A DNA stretch of 64,000 bases from the human T2T-CHM13v2.0 reference genome, Homo sapiens, in NCBI RefSeq assembly GCF_009914755.1, contig NC_060933.1, one strand, 5' to 3'. The notes under the pieces are model-generated. The model was not told the origin of the DNA, did not search any database, and was given only the letters and a program-made list of their open reading frames with translations. Below are positions 42,801 through 57,300 of the stretch, piece after piece. The position numbers were made by a program, and so were the translations under genes. The stretch's first letter is position 1, and the number at the start of each line of letters is the position of its first letter.

Positions 42801-44884
42801 AACTCCCTTACACTCCATTACATTCCATTCCATTCGGGTTGTTCCATTCCATTCCATTCCATTCCACTCCATTCCATTGCACTCGGATTGATTCCATTCC
42901 ATTCCATTCCATTCAACTCCATTCCATTCCGGATGATTACATTCCATTGCATTCCGTTCCATTACATTCCCCTGCACTCGGGTTGATTCCATTCCATTCA
43001 ATTCCATTCCATTCGATTCCATTCCATTCCAATTCTTTCCATTCCATTCTATTCCGTACCATTCCATTCCATTCCATACAATTCCATTCCATTCCATTCC
43101 ACTCCGTTCCGTTCCGTTCCGTTCCGTTCCGTTCCATTCCATTCCATTCCATTCTATTCGGTTTAATTCCATTCCATTCCATTCCATTCCATTCCATTCC
43201 ATTCTATTCCCTTCCATTGCAATCGAGATGAATCCATTGCATTCCATTCCATTCCATTCCATTCCATTCCGGAAGATTCCATTCCATTGCATTCCATTCC
43301 ATTCCATTCCATTCCATTCCATTCCATTGTACTCGGGTTGATTCCATTCCATTGCATTCCATTCCATTCCATTCCATTCCATTCCATTCCGTTCCATTCC
43401 ATTCCATTACATTCGGATTGATTCTTTTCAACTCCCTTACACTCCATTACATTCCATTCCATTCGGGTTGTTCCATTCAATTCCATTCCATTCCACTCCA
43501 TTCCATTGCACTCGGGTTGATTCCATTCCATTCCATTCCATTCCATTCCATTCCATTCCATTCCATTCCGGATGATTCCATTCCATTGCATTCCTTTCCA
43601 TTACATTCCCCTGCACTGGGGTTGATTCCATTCCATTCCATTCCATTCCATTCGATTCCATTCCATTCCCCTGCACTCGCGTTGATTCCATTCCATTCCA
43701 TTCCATTCCATTCCATTCCATTCCATTCCATTCCATTCCTTTCCATTCCAGTCTTTTCCATTCCACTCCACTCGGGTTGATTCCATTGTGTTAGTTTCCA
43801 TTCCATTCCATTCCCTTCCATTCCACTCTGGTTGATTGCATTCCTTTCCATTCCACTCGAATACATTCCCTCCTATTCCACTCGGAACGATTCCAATCCA
43901 TTCCATTCCATTCCAATTCGTTCCATTCCATTCTATTCCGTATCATTCCATTCCATTCCATTCCATTCCATTCCATTGTACTCGGGTTGATTCCATTCCA
44001 TTGCATTCCATTCCATTCCATTCCATTCTATTCCATTCCGTTGCATTCCATTCCATTACATTCGGATTGATTCTATTCAACTCCCTTACTCTCCATTACA
44101 TTCCATTCCGTTTGGGTTTTCCATTCCATTCCATTCCATTCCACTCCATTCCATTGCACTCGGGTTGATTCCATTCCATTCCATTCCATTCCATTCCATT
44201 CCATTCCATTCCGGATGATTCCATTCCATTGCATTCCGTTCCATTACATTCCCCTGCACTCGCGTTGATTCCATTCCATTCCATTCCATTCCATTCCATT
44301 CAATTCCATTCCATTACAATTCGTTCCATTCCATTCTATTCCGTACCATTCCATTCCATTCCATACCATTCCATTCCATTCCTTTCCATTCCATTCCATT
44401 CCGTTCCATTCCGTTCCATTCCATTCCATTCCATTCTATTCGGGTTAATTCCATTCCATTCCATTCCATTCCATTCCATTCTATTCCATTCCATTGCAAT
44501 CGAGTTGAATCAATTGCATTTCATTCCATTCCATTCCATTCCATTCCATTCCATTCCGGAAGATTCCATTCCATTGCATTCCATTCCATTCCATTCCCCT
44601 GCACTCGCGTTGATTCCATTCCATTCCACTCCATTCCGTTCCATTCCATTGCATTCCATTGTATTCGGGTTAATTCCATTCCATTCCATTCCATTCCATT
44701 CCATTCCATTCCATTCCATTCCATCACAATCGAGTTGGTTCCATTCCATTCCATTCCATTCCATTCCATTCCATTCCGGATGATTCCATTGCATTACATT
44801 CCGTTCCATTACATTCCCCTGCACTCGGGTTGATTCCATTCCATTCCATTCCATTCCATTCGATTCCATTCCATTCCAATTCTT

Positions 44885-45605
44885 TCCATTCCATTCTATT
44901 CCGTAACATTCCATTCCATTCCATACCATTCCATTCCATTCCATTCCATTCCGTTCCGTTCCGTTCCGTTCCATTCCATTCCATTCTATTTTATTCGGGT
45001 TAATTCCATTCCATTCCATTCCATTCCATTCTATTCCATTCCATTGCAATCGAGTTGAATCCATTGCATTCCATTCCATTCCATTCCGGAAGATTCCATT
45101 CCATTGCATTCCATTCCATTCCATTCCCCTGCACTCGCGTTGATTCCATTCCATTCCATTCCATTCCATTCCATTCCGTTCCGTTCCGTTCCATTCGATT
45201 CCATTCCATTCCGTTCCGTTCCGTTCCGTTCCATTCCATTCCATTCTATTCCGTACCATTCCATTCCATTCCATACCATTCCATTCCATTCCATTCCATT
45301 CCGTTGCGTTCCGTTCCGTTCCATTCCATTCCATTCTATTTTATTCGGGTTAATTCCATTCCATTCCATTCCATTCCATTCTATTCCATTCCATTGCAAT
45401 CGAGTTGAATCCATTGCATTCCATTCCATTCCATTCCGGAAGATTCCATTCCATTGCATTCCATTCCATTCCATTCCCCTGCACTCGCGTTGATTCCATT
45501 CCATTCCATTCCATTCCATTCCATTCCATTCCATTCCATTCCGTTCCGTTCCGTTCCATTCGATTCCATTCCATTCCGTTCCGTTCCGTTCCGTTCCATT
45601 CCATT
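44885..45605 (-). repeat. ~350-365 bp tandem duplication
   Basis: Rare CTATTTTATTCGGGT ends at 45000 and 45350, and module order is the same in both copies. ORF twins 45055/45405 and 45104/45454. Confidence 0.88.
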
Positions 45606-47514
45606 CCATTCTATTCGGGTTAATTCCATTCCATTCCATTCGATTGCAATCGAGTTGATTCCATTCCATTCCATTCCATTCCATTCCATTCCATTCCATT
45701 CCATTCCATTCCTTTCCATTCCATTACGGATGATTCCATTCCATTGCAATACATTCCATTCCATTCCCCTGTACTCGGGTTGATTCCATTCCATTCCATT
45801 CCATTCCATTCTATTCCATTCCATTCCATTCCATTCCGGAAGATTCCATTCCATTGCATTCCATTCCATTCCATTCCCCTGCACTCGCGTTGATTCCATT
45901 CCATTCCATTCCATTCCATTCCATTCCGTTCCGTTCCGTTCCATTCCATTCCATTCCATTCCATTCCATTCCGTTCCGTTCCATTCCATTCCATTCCATT
46001 CTATTCGGGTTAATTCCATTCCATTCCATTCGATTGTAATCGTGTTGATTCCATTCCATTACATTCCATTCCATTCCATTCCATTCCTTTCCATTCCATT
46101 ACGGATGATTCCATTCCATTGCATTCCATTCCATTCCATTCCCCTGTACTCGGGTTGATTCCATTCCATTGCATTCCAATCCATGCCCTTCCACTCGTGT
46201 TGATTCCATTCTTTCCATTCCATTCAAGTTGAATCCATTCCATTGCATTCCATTCAATTTGATTCCATTCGATTGCACTCGGGTTGATTCCATTCCATTG
46301 CATTCCATTCCATTCCATTCCATTCCGTTCTATTCCATTCCATTACATTCGGATTGATTCTATTCAACTCCCTTACTCTCCATTACATTCCATTCCATTC
46401 GGGTTGTTCCATTCCATTCCATTCCATTCCACTCCATTCCAATGCACTCGGGTTGATTCCATTCTTTTCCATTCCATTCCATTCCATTCCGGATGATTAC
46501 ATTCCATTGCATTCCGTTCCATTCCATTCCCCTGCACTCGCGTTGATTCCATTCCATTCCATTCCATTCCATTCAATTCCAATCCATTACAATTCGTTCC
46601 ATTCTATTCTATTCCGTACCATTCCATTCCATTCCATGCCATTCCATTCCACTCCATTCCATTCCATTCCGTTCCATTCCGTTCCATTCCATTCCATTCC
46701 ATTCTATTCGGATTAATTCCATTCCATTCCATTCCATTCCATTCTATTCCATTGCATTGCAATCGAGTTGAATCCATTGCATTTCATTCCATTCCATTCC
46801 ACTCCATTCCATTCCATTCCGGAAGTTTCCATTCCATTGCATTCCATTCCATTCCATTCCCCTGCACTCGCGTTGATTCCATTCCATTCCATTCCATTCC
46901 ATTCCGTTCCGCTCCATTCCATTCCATTCCATTCCGTTCCGTTCCATTCCAGTCCATTCCATTCTATTCGGGTTAATTCCATTCCATTCCATTCGATTGC
47001 AATCGAGTTGATTCCATTCCATTCCATTCCATTCCATTCCATTCCATTCCATTCCATTCCTTTCCGTTACATTCCATTCCATTCCATTCCATTCCATTCC
47101 ATTCCGTTCCGTTCCGTTCCATTCCATTCCATTCCATTCTATTCGGGTTAATTCCATTCCATTCCATTCGATTGCAATTGAGTTGATTCCATTCCATTCC
47201 ATTCCATTCCATTCCATTCCATTCCTTTCCATTCCATTACGGATGATTCCATTCCATTGCATTCCATTCCATTCCATTCCCCCGTACTCGGGTTGATTCC
47301 ATTCCATTCCATTCCAATCCATGCCATTCCACTCGTGTTGATTCCATTCTTTCCATTCCATTCAAGTTGAATCCATTCCATTGCATTCCATTCCATTCCA
47401 TTCCCCTGCAGTCGAGTTGATTCCATTCCATTCCATTCCATTCCATTCCATTCCATTCCATTCCGTTCCGATCCATTCCATTCCATTCCATTCTATTCGG
47501 GTTAATTCCATTCC

Positions 47515-50500
47515 ATTCCATTCCATTCCATTCCATTCCAATCGAGTTGATTCCATTCCATTCCATTCCATTCCATTCCACTCCATTCCAGTCCTTTCCA
47601 TTCCATTCCACTCGGGTTGATTCCAATGTATTCCTTTCCATTCCATTCCATTCCATTGCAATCGAGTTGATTCCATTGCTTTGCATTCCATTCCATTCCA
47701 TTCCATTCCAGATGATTCCATTCCATTGCATTCTATTCCATTCCATTCCCCTGTACTCGGGTTGATTCCATTCCATTCCACTCCATTCCGTTCCATTCCA
47801 TTCCATTCCATTGTATTCGGGTTAATTCCATTCCATTCCATTCCATTCCATTCCATTCCATTACAATCGAGTTGATTCCATTCCATTCCATTCCATTCCA
47901 TTCCATTCCAGTCCTTTCCATTCCATTCCACTCGGGTTGATTCCATTCTATTAGTTTCCATTCCATTCCATTCCCTTCCATTCCACTCTGGTTGATTCCA
48001 TTCCTTTCCATTCCACTCGAATACATTCCCTCCTATTCCACTCGGAACGATTCCATTCCATTCCATTCCATTCCATTCCATTCCATTCCATTTCGTTCCA
48101 TTCCATTCTATTCCGTATCATTCCATTCCATTCCGTTCCATTCCATTCCATTCCATTCCACTCGTGTTGATTCCATTCCTTTCCATTCCATTCGGTTTGA
48201 AGGCATTCCATTCCATTCCATTCCATTCCATTCCATTCCATTCCATTCCATTGTACTCGGGTTGATTCCATTCCATTGCATTCCATTCCATTCCATTCCA
48301 TTCCATTCCGTTGCATTCCATTCCATTACATTCGGATTGATTCTATTCAAATCCCTTACTCTGCATTACATTCCATTCCATACGGGTTGTTCCATTCCAT
48401 TCCATTCCATTCCACTCCATTCCATTGCACTAGGGTTGATTCCATTCCATTCCATTCCATTCCATTCCGGATGATTCCATTCCATTGCATTCCGTTCCAT
48501 TACATTCCCCTGCACTCGCGTTCATACCATTCCATTCCATTCCATTCAATTCTATTCCATTACAATTCGTTGCATTCCATTCTATTCCGTACCATTCCAT
48601 TCCATTCCATACCATTCCATTCCATTCCATTCCATTCCATTCCATTCCATTCCATTGCATTCCATTCCATTCCATTCCATTCCATTCCATTCCGTTCCGT
48701 TCCATTCCATTCCATTCCATTCTATTCGGGTTAATTCCATTCCATTCCATTCGATTGCAATCGAGTTGATTCCATTCCATTCCATTCCATTCCATTCCAT
48801 TCCTTTCCATTCCATTACGGATGATTCCATTCCATTGCATTCCATTCCATTCCATTCCCCTGTACTCGGGTTGATTCCATTCCATTCCATTCCAATCCAT
48901 GCCATTCCACTCGTGTTGATTCCATTCTTTCCATTCCATTCAAGTTGAATCCATTCCATTGCATTCCATTCCATTCCATTCCCCTGCAGTCGGGTTGTTT
49001 CCATTCCATTCCATTCCATTCCATTCCATTCCATTCCATTCCGTTCCGTTCCATTCCATTCCATTCCATTCTATTCGGGTTAATTCCATTTCATTCCATT
49101 CCATTCCATTCCATTCCATTCCAATCGAGTTGATTCCATTCCATTCCATTCCATTCCATTCCACTCCATTCCAAGATATTCCTTTCCATTCCATTCCATT
49201 CCATTGCAATCGAGTTGATTCCATTGCTTTGCATTCCATTCCATTCCATTCCATTCCGGATGATTCCATTCCATTGCATTCCGTTGCATTCCATTCCCCT
49301 GCACTCGGGTTGATTCCATTCCATTCCACTCCATTCCGTTCCATTCCATTCCATTCCATTGTATTCGGGTTAATTCCATTCCATTCCATTCCATTCCATT
49401 CCATTCCATTCCATTACAATCGAGTTGATTCCATTCCATTCCATTCCATTCCATTCCAATCGAGTTGATTCCATTCCATTCCATTCCATTCCATTCCACT
49501 CCATTCCAGTCCTTTCCATTCCATTCCACTCGGGTTGATTCCAATGTATTCCTTTCCATTCCATTCCATTCCATTGCAATCGAGTTGATTCCATTGCTTT
49601 GCATTCCATTCCATTCCATTCCATTCCAGATGATTCCATTCCATTGCATTCTATTCCATTCCATTCCCCTGTACTCGGGTTGATTCCATTCCATTCCACT
49701 CCATTCCGTTCCATTCCATTCCATTCCATTGTATTCGGGTTAATTCCATTCCATTCCATTCCATTCCATTCCATTCCATTACAATCGAGTTGATTCCATT
49801 CCATTCCATTCCATTCCATTCCATTCCAGTCCTTTCCATTCCATTCCACTCGGGTTGATTCCATTCTATTAGTTTCCATTCCATTCCATTCCCTTCCATT
49901 CCACTCTGGTTGATTCCATTCCTTTCCATTCCACTCGAATACATTCCCTCCTATTCCACTCGGAACGATTCCATTCCATTCCATTCCATTCCATTCCATT
50001 CCATTCCATTTCGTTCCATTCCATTCTATTCCGTATCATTCCATTCCATTCCGTTCCATTCCATTCCATTCCATTCCACTCGTGTTGATTCCATTCCTTT
50101 CCATTCCATTCGGTTTGAAGGCATTCCATTCCATTCCATTCCATTCCATTCCATTCCATTCCATTGTACTCGGGTTGATTCCATTCCATTGCATTCCATT
50201 CCATTCCATTCCATTCCATTCCGTTGCATTCCATTCCATTACATTCGGATTGATTCTATTCAAATCCCTTACTCTGCATTACATTCCATTCCATACGGGT
50301 TGTTCCATTCCATTCCATTCCATTCCACTCCATTCCATTGCACTAGGGTTGATTCCATTCCATTCCATTCCATTCCATTCCGGATGATTCCATTCCATTG
50401 CATTCCGTTCCATTACATTCCCCTGCACTCGCGTTCATACCATTCCATTCCATTCCATTCAATTCTATTCCATTACAATTCGTTGCATTCCATTCTATTC

Positions 50501-51375
50501 CGTACCATTCCATTCCATTCCATACCATTCCATTCCATTCCATTCCATTCCATTCCATTCCATTCCATTGCATTCCATTCCATTCCATTCCATTCCATTC
50601 CATTCCATTCCGTTCCGTTCCATTCCATTCCATTCCATTCTATTCGGGTTAATTCCATTCCATTCCATTCGATTGCAATCGAGTTGATTCCATTCCATTC
50701 CATTCCATTCCATTCCATTCCTTTCCATTCCATTACGGATGATTCCATTCCATTGCATTCCATTCCATTCCATTCCCCTGTACTCGGGTTGATTCCATTC
50801 CATTCCATTCCAATCCATGCCATTCCACTCGTGTTGATTCCATTCCTTCCATTCCATTCAAGTTGAATCCATTCCATTGCATTCCATTCCATTCCATTCC
50901 CCTGCAGTCGGGTTGTTTCCATTCCATTCCATTCCATTCCATTCCATTCCATTCCATTCCATTCCGTTCCGTTCCGTTCCATTCCATTCCATTCCATTCT
51001 ATTCGGGTTAATTCCATTTCATTCCATTCCATTCCATTCCATTCCATTCCAATCGAGTTGATTCCATTCCATTCCATTCCATTCCATTCCACTCCATTCC
51101 AAGATATTCCTTTCCATTCCATTCCATTCCATTGCAATCGAGTTGATTCCATTGCTTTGCATTCCATTCCATTCCATTCCATTCCGGATGATTCCATTCC
51201 ATTGCATTCCATTGCATTCCATTCCCCTGCACTCGGGTTGATTCCATTCCATTCCACTCCATTCCGTTCCATTCCATTCCATTCCATTTTATTCGGGTTA
51301 ATTCCATTCCATTCCATTCCATTCCATTCCATTCCATTCCATTACAATCGAGTTGATTCCATTCCATTCCATTCC
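47515..51375 (-). repeat. Recent ~1.92 kb tandem duplication (copies ~47515-49435 and ~49435-51375)
   Basis: Identical ORF translations at offset 1918 (47547/49465, 47681/49599, 47733/49651). Both copies share the private variants CCAGATGATT, CAAATCCCTTACTCTGC, CCATACGGG, GCGTTCATACC and CCAAGATATTCC. Confidence 0.93.
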
Positions 51376-54300
51376 ATTCCAGTCCTTTCCATTCTATTCC
51401 TCTCGGGTTGATTCCATTCTATTAGTTTCCATTCCATTCCATTCCCTTCCATTCCACTCTGGTTGATTCCATTCCTTTCCATTCCACTCGAATACACTCC
51501 CTCCTATTCCACTCGGAACGATTCCATTCCATTCCATTCCATTCCATTCCATTCCATTTCGTTCCATTCCATTCTATTCCGTATCATTCCATTCCATTCC
51601 ATTCCATTCCATTCCATTCCATTCCATTCCTTTCCATTCCATTCCATTGTACTCGGGTTGATACCATTCCATTGCGTTCCATTCCATTCCATTCCATTCC
51701 ATTACGTTGCATTCCATTCCATTACATTCGGATTGATTCTATTCAACTCCCTTACTCTCCATTACATTCCATTCCATTCGGGTTGTTCCATTCCATTCCA
51801 TTCCATTCCACTCCATTCCATTGCACTCGGGTTTATTCCATTCCATTCCATTCCATTCCATTCCATTCCATTCCGGAAGATTCCATTCCATTGCATTCCA
51901 TTCCATTCCATTCCCCTGCACTCGCGTTGATTCCATTCCATTCCATTCCATTCCATTCCATTCCATTCCATTCCTTTCCCTTCCATTCCATTCCATTCCA
52001 TTCCATTCCAATCCGTTCCATTCCGTTCCGTTCTGTTCCATTCCATTCCATTCCATTCTATTCAGGTTTATTCCATTCCATTCCATTCGATTGCAATCGA
52101 GTTGATTCCATTCCATTCTATTCCATTCCATTCCATTCCTTTCCATTCCATTACGGATGATTCCATTCCATTGCATTCCATTCCATTCCATTCCCCTGTA
52201 CTCGGGTTGATTCCATTCCATCCCATTCCAATCCATGCCATTCCACTCGTGTTGATTCCATTCTTTCCATTCCATTCAAGTTGAATCCATTCCATTGCAT
52301 TCCATTCCATTCCATTACCCTGCAGTCGGGTTGATTCCATTCCATTCCATTCCATTACATTCCATTCCATTGCATTCCGTTCCGTTCCATTCCATTCCAT
52401 TCCATTCTATTCGGGTTAATTCCATTCCATTCCATTCCATTCCATTCCAATCGAGTTGATTCCATTCCATTCCATTCCACTCCATTCCAGTCCTTTCCAT
52501 TCCATTCCACTCGGGTTGATTCCAATGTATTCCTTTCCATTCCATTCCATTCCATTGCAATCGAGTTGATTCCATTGCTTTGCATTCCATTCCATTCCAT
52601 TCCATTCCGGATGATTCCATTCCATTGCATTCCATTCCATTCCATTCCCCTGCACTCGGGTTGATTCCATTCCATTCCACTCCATTCCATTCCATTCCAT
52701 TCCATTACAATCGAGTTGATTCCATTCCATTCCATTCCATTCCAGTCCTTTCCATTCCATTCCACTCGGGTTGATTCCATTCTATTAGTTTCCATTCCAT
52801 TCCATTCCCTTCCATTCCACTCTGGTTGATACCATTCCTTTCCATTCCACTCGAATACATTCCCTCCTATACCACTCGGAACGATTCCATTCCATTCCAT
52901 TCCATTCCATTCCATTTCGTTCCATTCCATTCTATTCCGTATCATTCCATTCCATTCCATTCCATTCCATTCCATTCCATTCCATTCCATTCCATTCCAT
53001 TCCATTGTACTCGGGTTGATTCAATTCCATTGCATTCCATTCCATTCCATTCCATTCAATTCCATTCCATTACAATTCGTTCCATTCCATTATATTCCGT
53101 ACCATTCTATTCCATTCCATACCATTCCATTCCACTCCATTCCATTCCATTCCGTTCCATTCCGTTCCATTCTATTCCATTCCATTCTATTCGGATTAAT
53201 TCCATTCCATTCCATTCCATTCCATTCTATTCCATTCCATTGCAATCGAGTTGAATCCATTGCATTTCATTCCATTCCATTCCATTCCATTCCATTCCGG
53301 AAGATTCCATTCCATTGCATTCCATTCCATTCCATTCCCCTGCACTCGCGTTGATTCCATTCCATTCCATTCCATTCCATTCCATTCCATTCCATTCCGT
53401 TCCGTTCCGTTCCGTTCCATTCCATTCCATTCCATTCCATTCCGTTCCGTTCCGTTCCATTCCATTCCATTCCATTCTATTCGGGTTAATTCCATTCCGT
53501 TCCATTCGATTGCAATCGAGTTGATTCCATTCCATTCCATTCCTTTCCATTCCATTACGGATGATTCCATTCCATTGCATTCCATTCCATTCCATTCCCC
53601 TGTACTCGGGTTGATTCCATTCCATTCCATTCCAATCCATGCCATTCCACTCGTGTTGATTCCATTCTTTCCATTCCATTCAAGTTGAATCCATTCCATT
53701 GCATTCCATTCCATTCGATTCCATTCGATTGCACTCGGGTTGATTCCATTCCATTGCATTCCATTCCATTCCATTCCATTCCATTCCATTACATTACATT
53801 CGGATTGATTCTATTCAATTCCCTTACACTCCATTACATTCCATTCCATTCGGGTAGTTTCCATTCCATTCCATTCCATTCCTCTCCATTCCATTGCACT
53901 CGGGTTGATTCCATTCCATTGCATTCCATTCCATTCCATTCAATTCCTTTCCGCTCCATTCCATTCCATTACATTCGGATTGATTCTATTCAACTCCCTT
54001 ACTCTCCATTACATTCCATTCCATTCGGGTAGTTTCCATTGCATTCCATTCCATTCCTCTCTATTCCATTGAACTCGGGTTGATTCCATTCCATTGCATT
54101 CCATTCAATTCCATTCAATTCCATTCCGTTCCATTCCATTCCATTACATTCGGATTAATTCTATTCAACTCCCTTACTCTCCATTACATTCCATTCCATT
54201 CGGGTTGTTCCATTCCATTCCATTCCATTCCACTCCATTCCATTGCACTCGGGTTTATTCCATTCCATTCCATTGCATTCCATTCCATTCCATTCCGGAA

Positions 54301-57300
54301 GATTCCATTCCATTGCATTCCATTCCATTCCATTCCCCTGCACTCGCGTTGATTCCATTCCATTCCATTCCATTCCATTCCATTCCATTCCATTCCTTTC
54401 CGTTCCATTCCATTCCATTCCATTCCATTCCATTCCAATCCATTCCATTCCGTTCCGTTCCGTTCCATTCCATTCCATTCAATTCTATTCGGGTTAATTC
54501 CATTCCATTCCATTCGATTGCAATCGAGTTGATTCCATTCCATTCCATTCCATTCCATTCCATTCCATTCCATTCCTTTCCATTCCATTACGGATGATTC
54601 CTTTCCATTGCATTCCATTCCATTCCATTCCCCTGTACTCGGGTTGATTCCATTCCATTCCATTCCAATCCATGCCATTCCACTCGTGTTGATTCCATTC
54701 TTTCCATTCCATTCAAGTTGAATACATTCCATTGCATTCCATTCCATTCCATTCCCCTGCAGTCGGGTTGTTTCCATTCCATTCCATTCCATTCCATTCC
54801 ATTCCAATCCATTCCGTTCCGTTCCATTCCATTCCATTCTATTCTATTCGGGTTAATTCCATTTCATTCCATTCCATTCCATTCCATTCCATTCCAATCG
54901 AGTTGATTCCATTCCATTCCATTCCATTCCATTCCATTCCACTCCATTCCAGTCCTTTCCATTCCATTCCACTCGGGTTGATTCCAATGTATTCCTTTCC
55001 ATTCCATTCCATTGCATTCCATTCGATTCCATTCCATTCCAATTCTTTCCATTCCATTCTATTCCGTACCATTCCATTCCATTCCATACAATTCCATTCC
55101 ATTCCATTCCACTCCGTTCCGTTCCGTTCCGTTCTGTTCCGTTCCATTCCATTCCATTCCATTCTATTCGGTTTAATTCCATTCCATTCCATTCCATTCC
55201 ATTCCATTCCATTCTATTCCTTTCCATTGCAATCGAGTTGAATCCATTGCATTCCATTCCATTCCATTACATTCCATTCCATTCCATTCCGGAAGATTCC
55301 ATTGCATTCCATTCCATTCCATTCCATTCCATTCCATTCCATTCCATTCCATTCCATTGTACTCGGGTTGATTCCATTCCATTGCATTCCATTCCATTCC
55401 ATTCCGTTCCATTCCATTCCATTACATTCGGATTGATTCTATTCAACTCCCTTACTCTCCATTACATTCCATTCCATTCGATTTGTTCCATTCCATTCCA
55501 TTCCATTCCACTCCATTCCATTGCACTCGGATTGATTCCATTCTATTCCATTCCATTCAATTCCATTCCATTCCATTCCGGAAGATTCCATTCCATTTCA
55601 TTCCATTCCATTCCATTCCCCTGCACTCGCGTTGATTCCATTCCATTCCATTCTATTCCATTCCATTCCCTTCCTTTCCGTTCCATTCCATTCCATTCCA
55701 TTCCGTTCCGTTCCATTCCATTCCATTCCATTCTATTCGGGTTAATTCCATTCCATTCCATTCGATTGCAATCGAGTTGATTCCATTCCATTCCATTCCA
55801 TTCCATTCCATTTCATTCCATTCCTTTCCATTCCTTTCCATTCCATTAATGATGATTCCATTCCATTGCATTCCATTCCATTCCATTCCCCTATACTCGG
55901 GTTGATTCCATTCCATTCCATTCCAATCCATGCCATTCCACTCTTGTTGATTCCATTCTTTCCATTGCATTCAAGTTGAATCTATTCCATTGCATTCCAT
56001 TCCATTCGATTCCATTCGATTGCACTCGGGTTGATTCCATTCCATTGCATTCCATTCCATTCCATTCCATTCCATTCCATTCCATTCCGTTCTATTCCAT
56101 TTCATTACATTCAGATTGATTCTATTCAATTCCCTTACACTCCATTATATTCCGATCCATTCAGGTTGTCTCCATTCCATTCCATTCCATTTCACTCCAT
56201 TCCATTGCACTCGGGTTGATTCCATTCCATTCCATTCCATTGCATTCCATTCCATTCCATTCCGGATGATTCCATTCCATTGCATTCCATTCCATTCCAT
56301 TCCCCTGCACTCGGGTTGATTCCATTCCATTCCATTCCATTACATTCCGTTCCATTCCATTCCATTCCATTCGGATTGATTCTATTCAATTCCCTTACAG
56401 TCCATTACATTCCATTCCATTCGGGTAGTTTCCACTCCATTCCATTCCATTCCTCTCCATTCCATTGCACTCGGGTTGATTCCATTCCATTCCATTCCAT
56501 TCCATTCCATTCCATTACATTCCATTTCATTCTGTTCTATTGTACTCGGGTTGATTCCATTCCATTGCATTCCATTCAATTCCATTCCATTCCATTCCAT
56601 TCCATTCCATTCCGTTCCATTCCATTACATTCGGATTGATTCTATTCAAGTCCCTTACTCTCCATTACATTCCATTCCATTCGGGTTGTTCCATTCCATT
56701 CCATTCCATTCCACTCCATTCCATTGCGCTCGGGTTGATTCCATTCCATTCCATTCCATTCCATTCCATTCCATTCCATTCCATTCCGGATGATTCCATT
56801 CCATTGCATTCCGTTCCATTACATTCCCCTGCACTCGGGTTGATTCCATTCCATTCCATTCCATTCCATTCGATTCCATTCCATTCCAGTTCTTTCCATT
56901 CCATTCTATTCCGTACCATTCCATTCCATTCCATACAATTCCATTCCATTCCATTCCACTCCGTTCCGTTCCGTTCCGTTCTGTTCCGTTCCATTCCATT
57001 CCATTCCATTCTATCCGGTTTAATTCCATTCCATTCCATTCCATTCCATTCCATTCTATTCCATTCCATTGCAATCGAGTTGAATCCATTGCATTCCATT
57101 CCATTCCATTCAATTCCGGAAGATTCCATTCCATTGCATTCCATTCCATTCCATTCCATTCCATTCCATTCCATTCCATTCCATTCCATTGTACTCGGGT
57201 TGATTCCATTCCATTGCATTCCATTCCATTCCATTCCATTCCATTCCATTCCGTTCCATTCCATTCCATTACATTCGGATTGATTCTTTTCAACTCCCTT

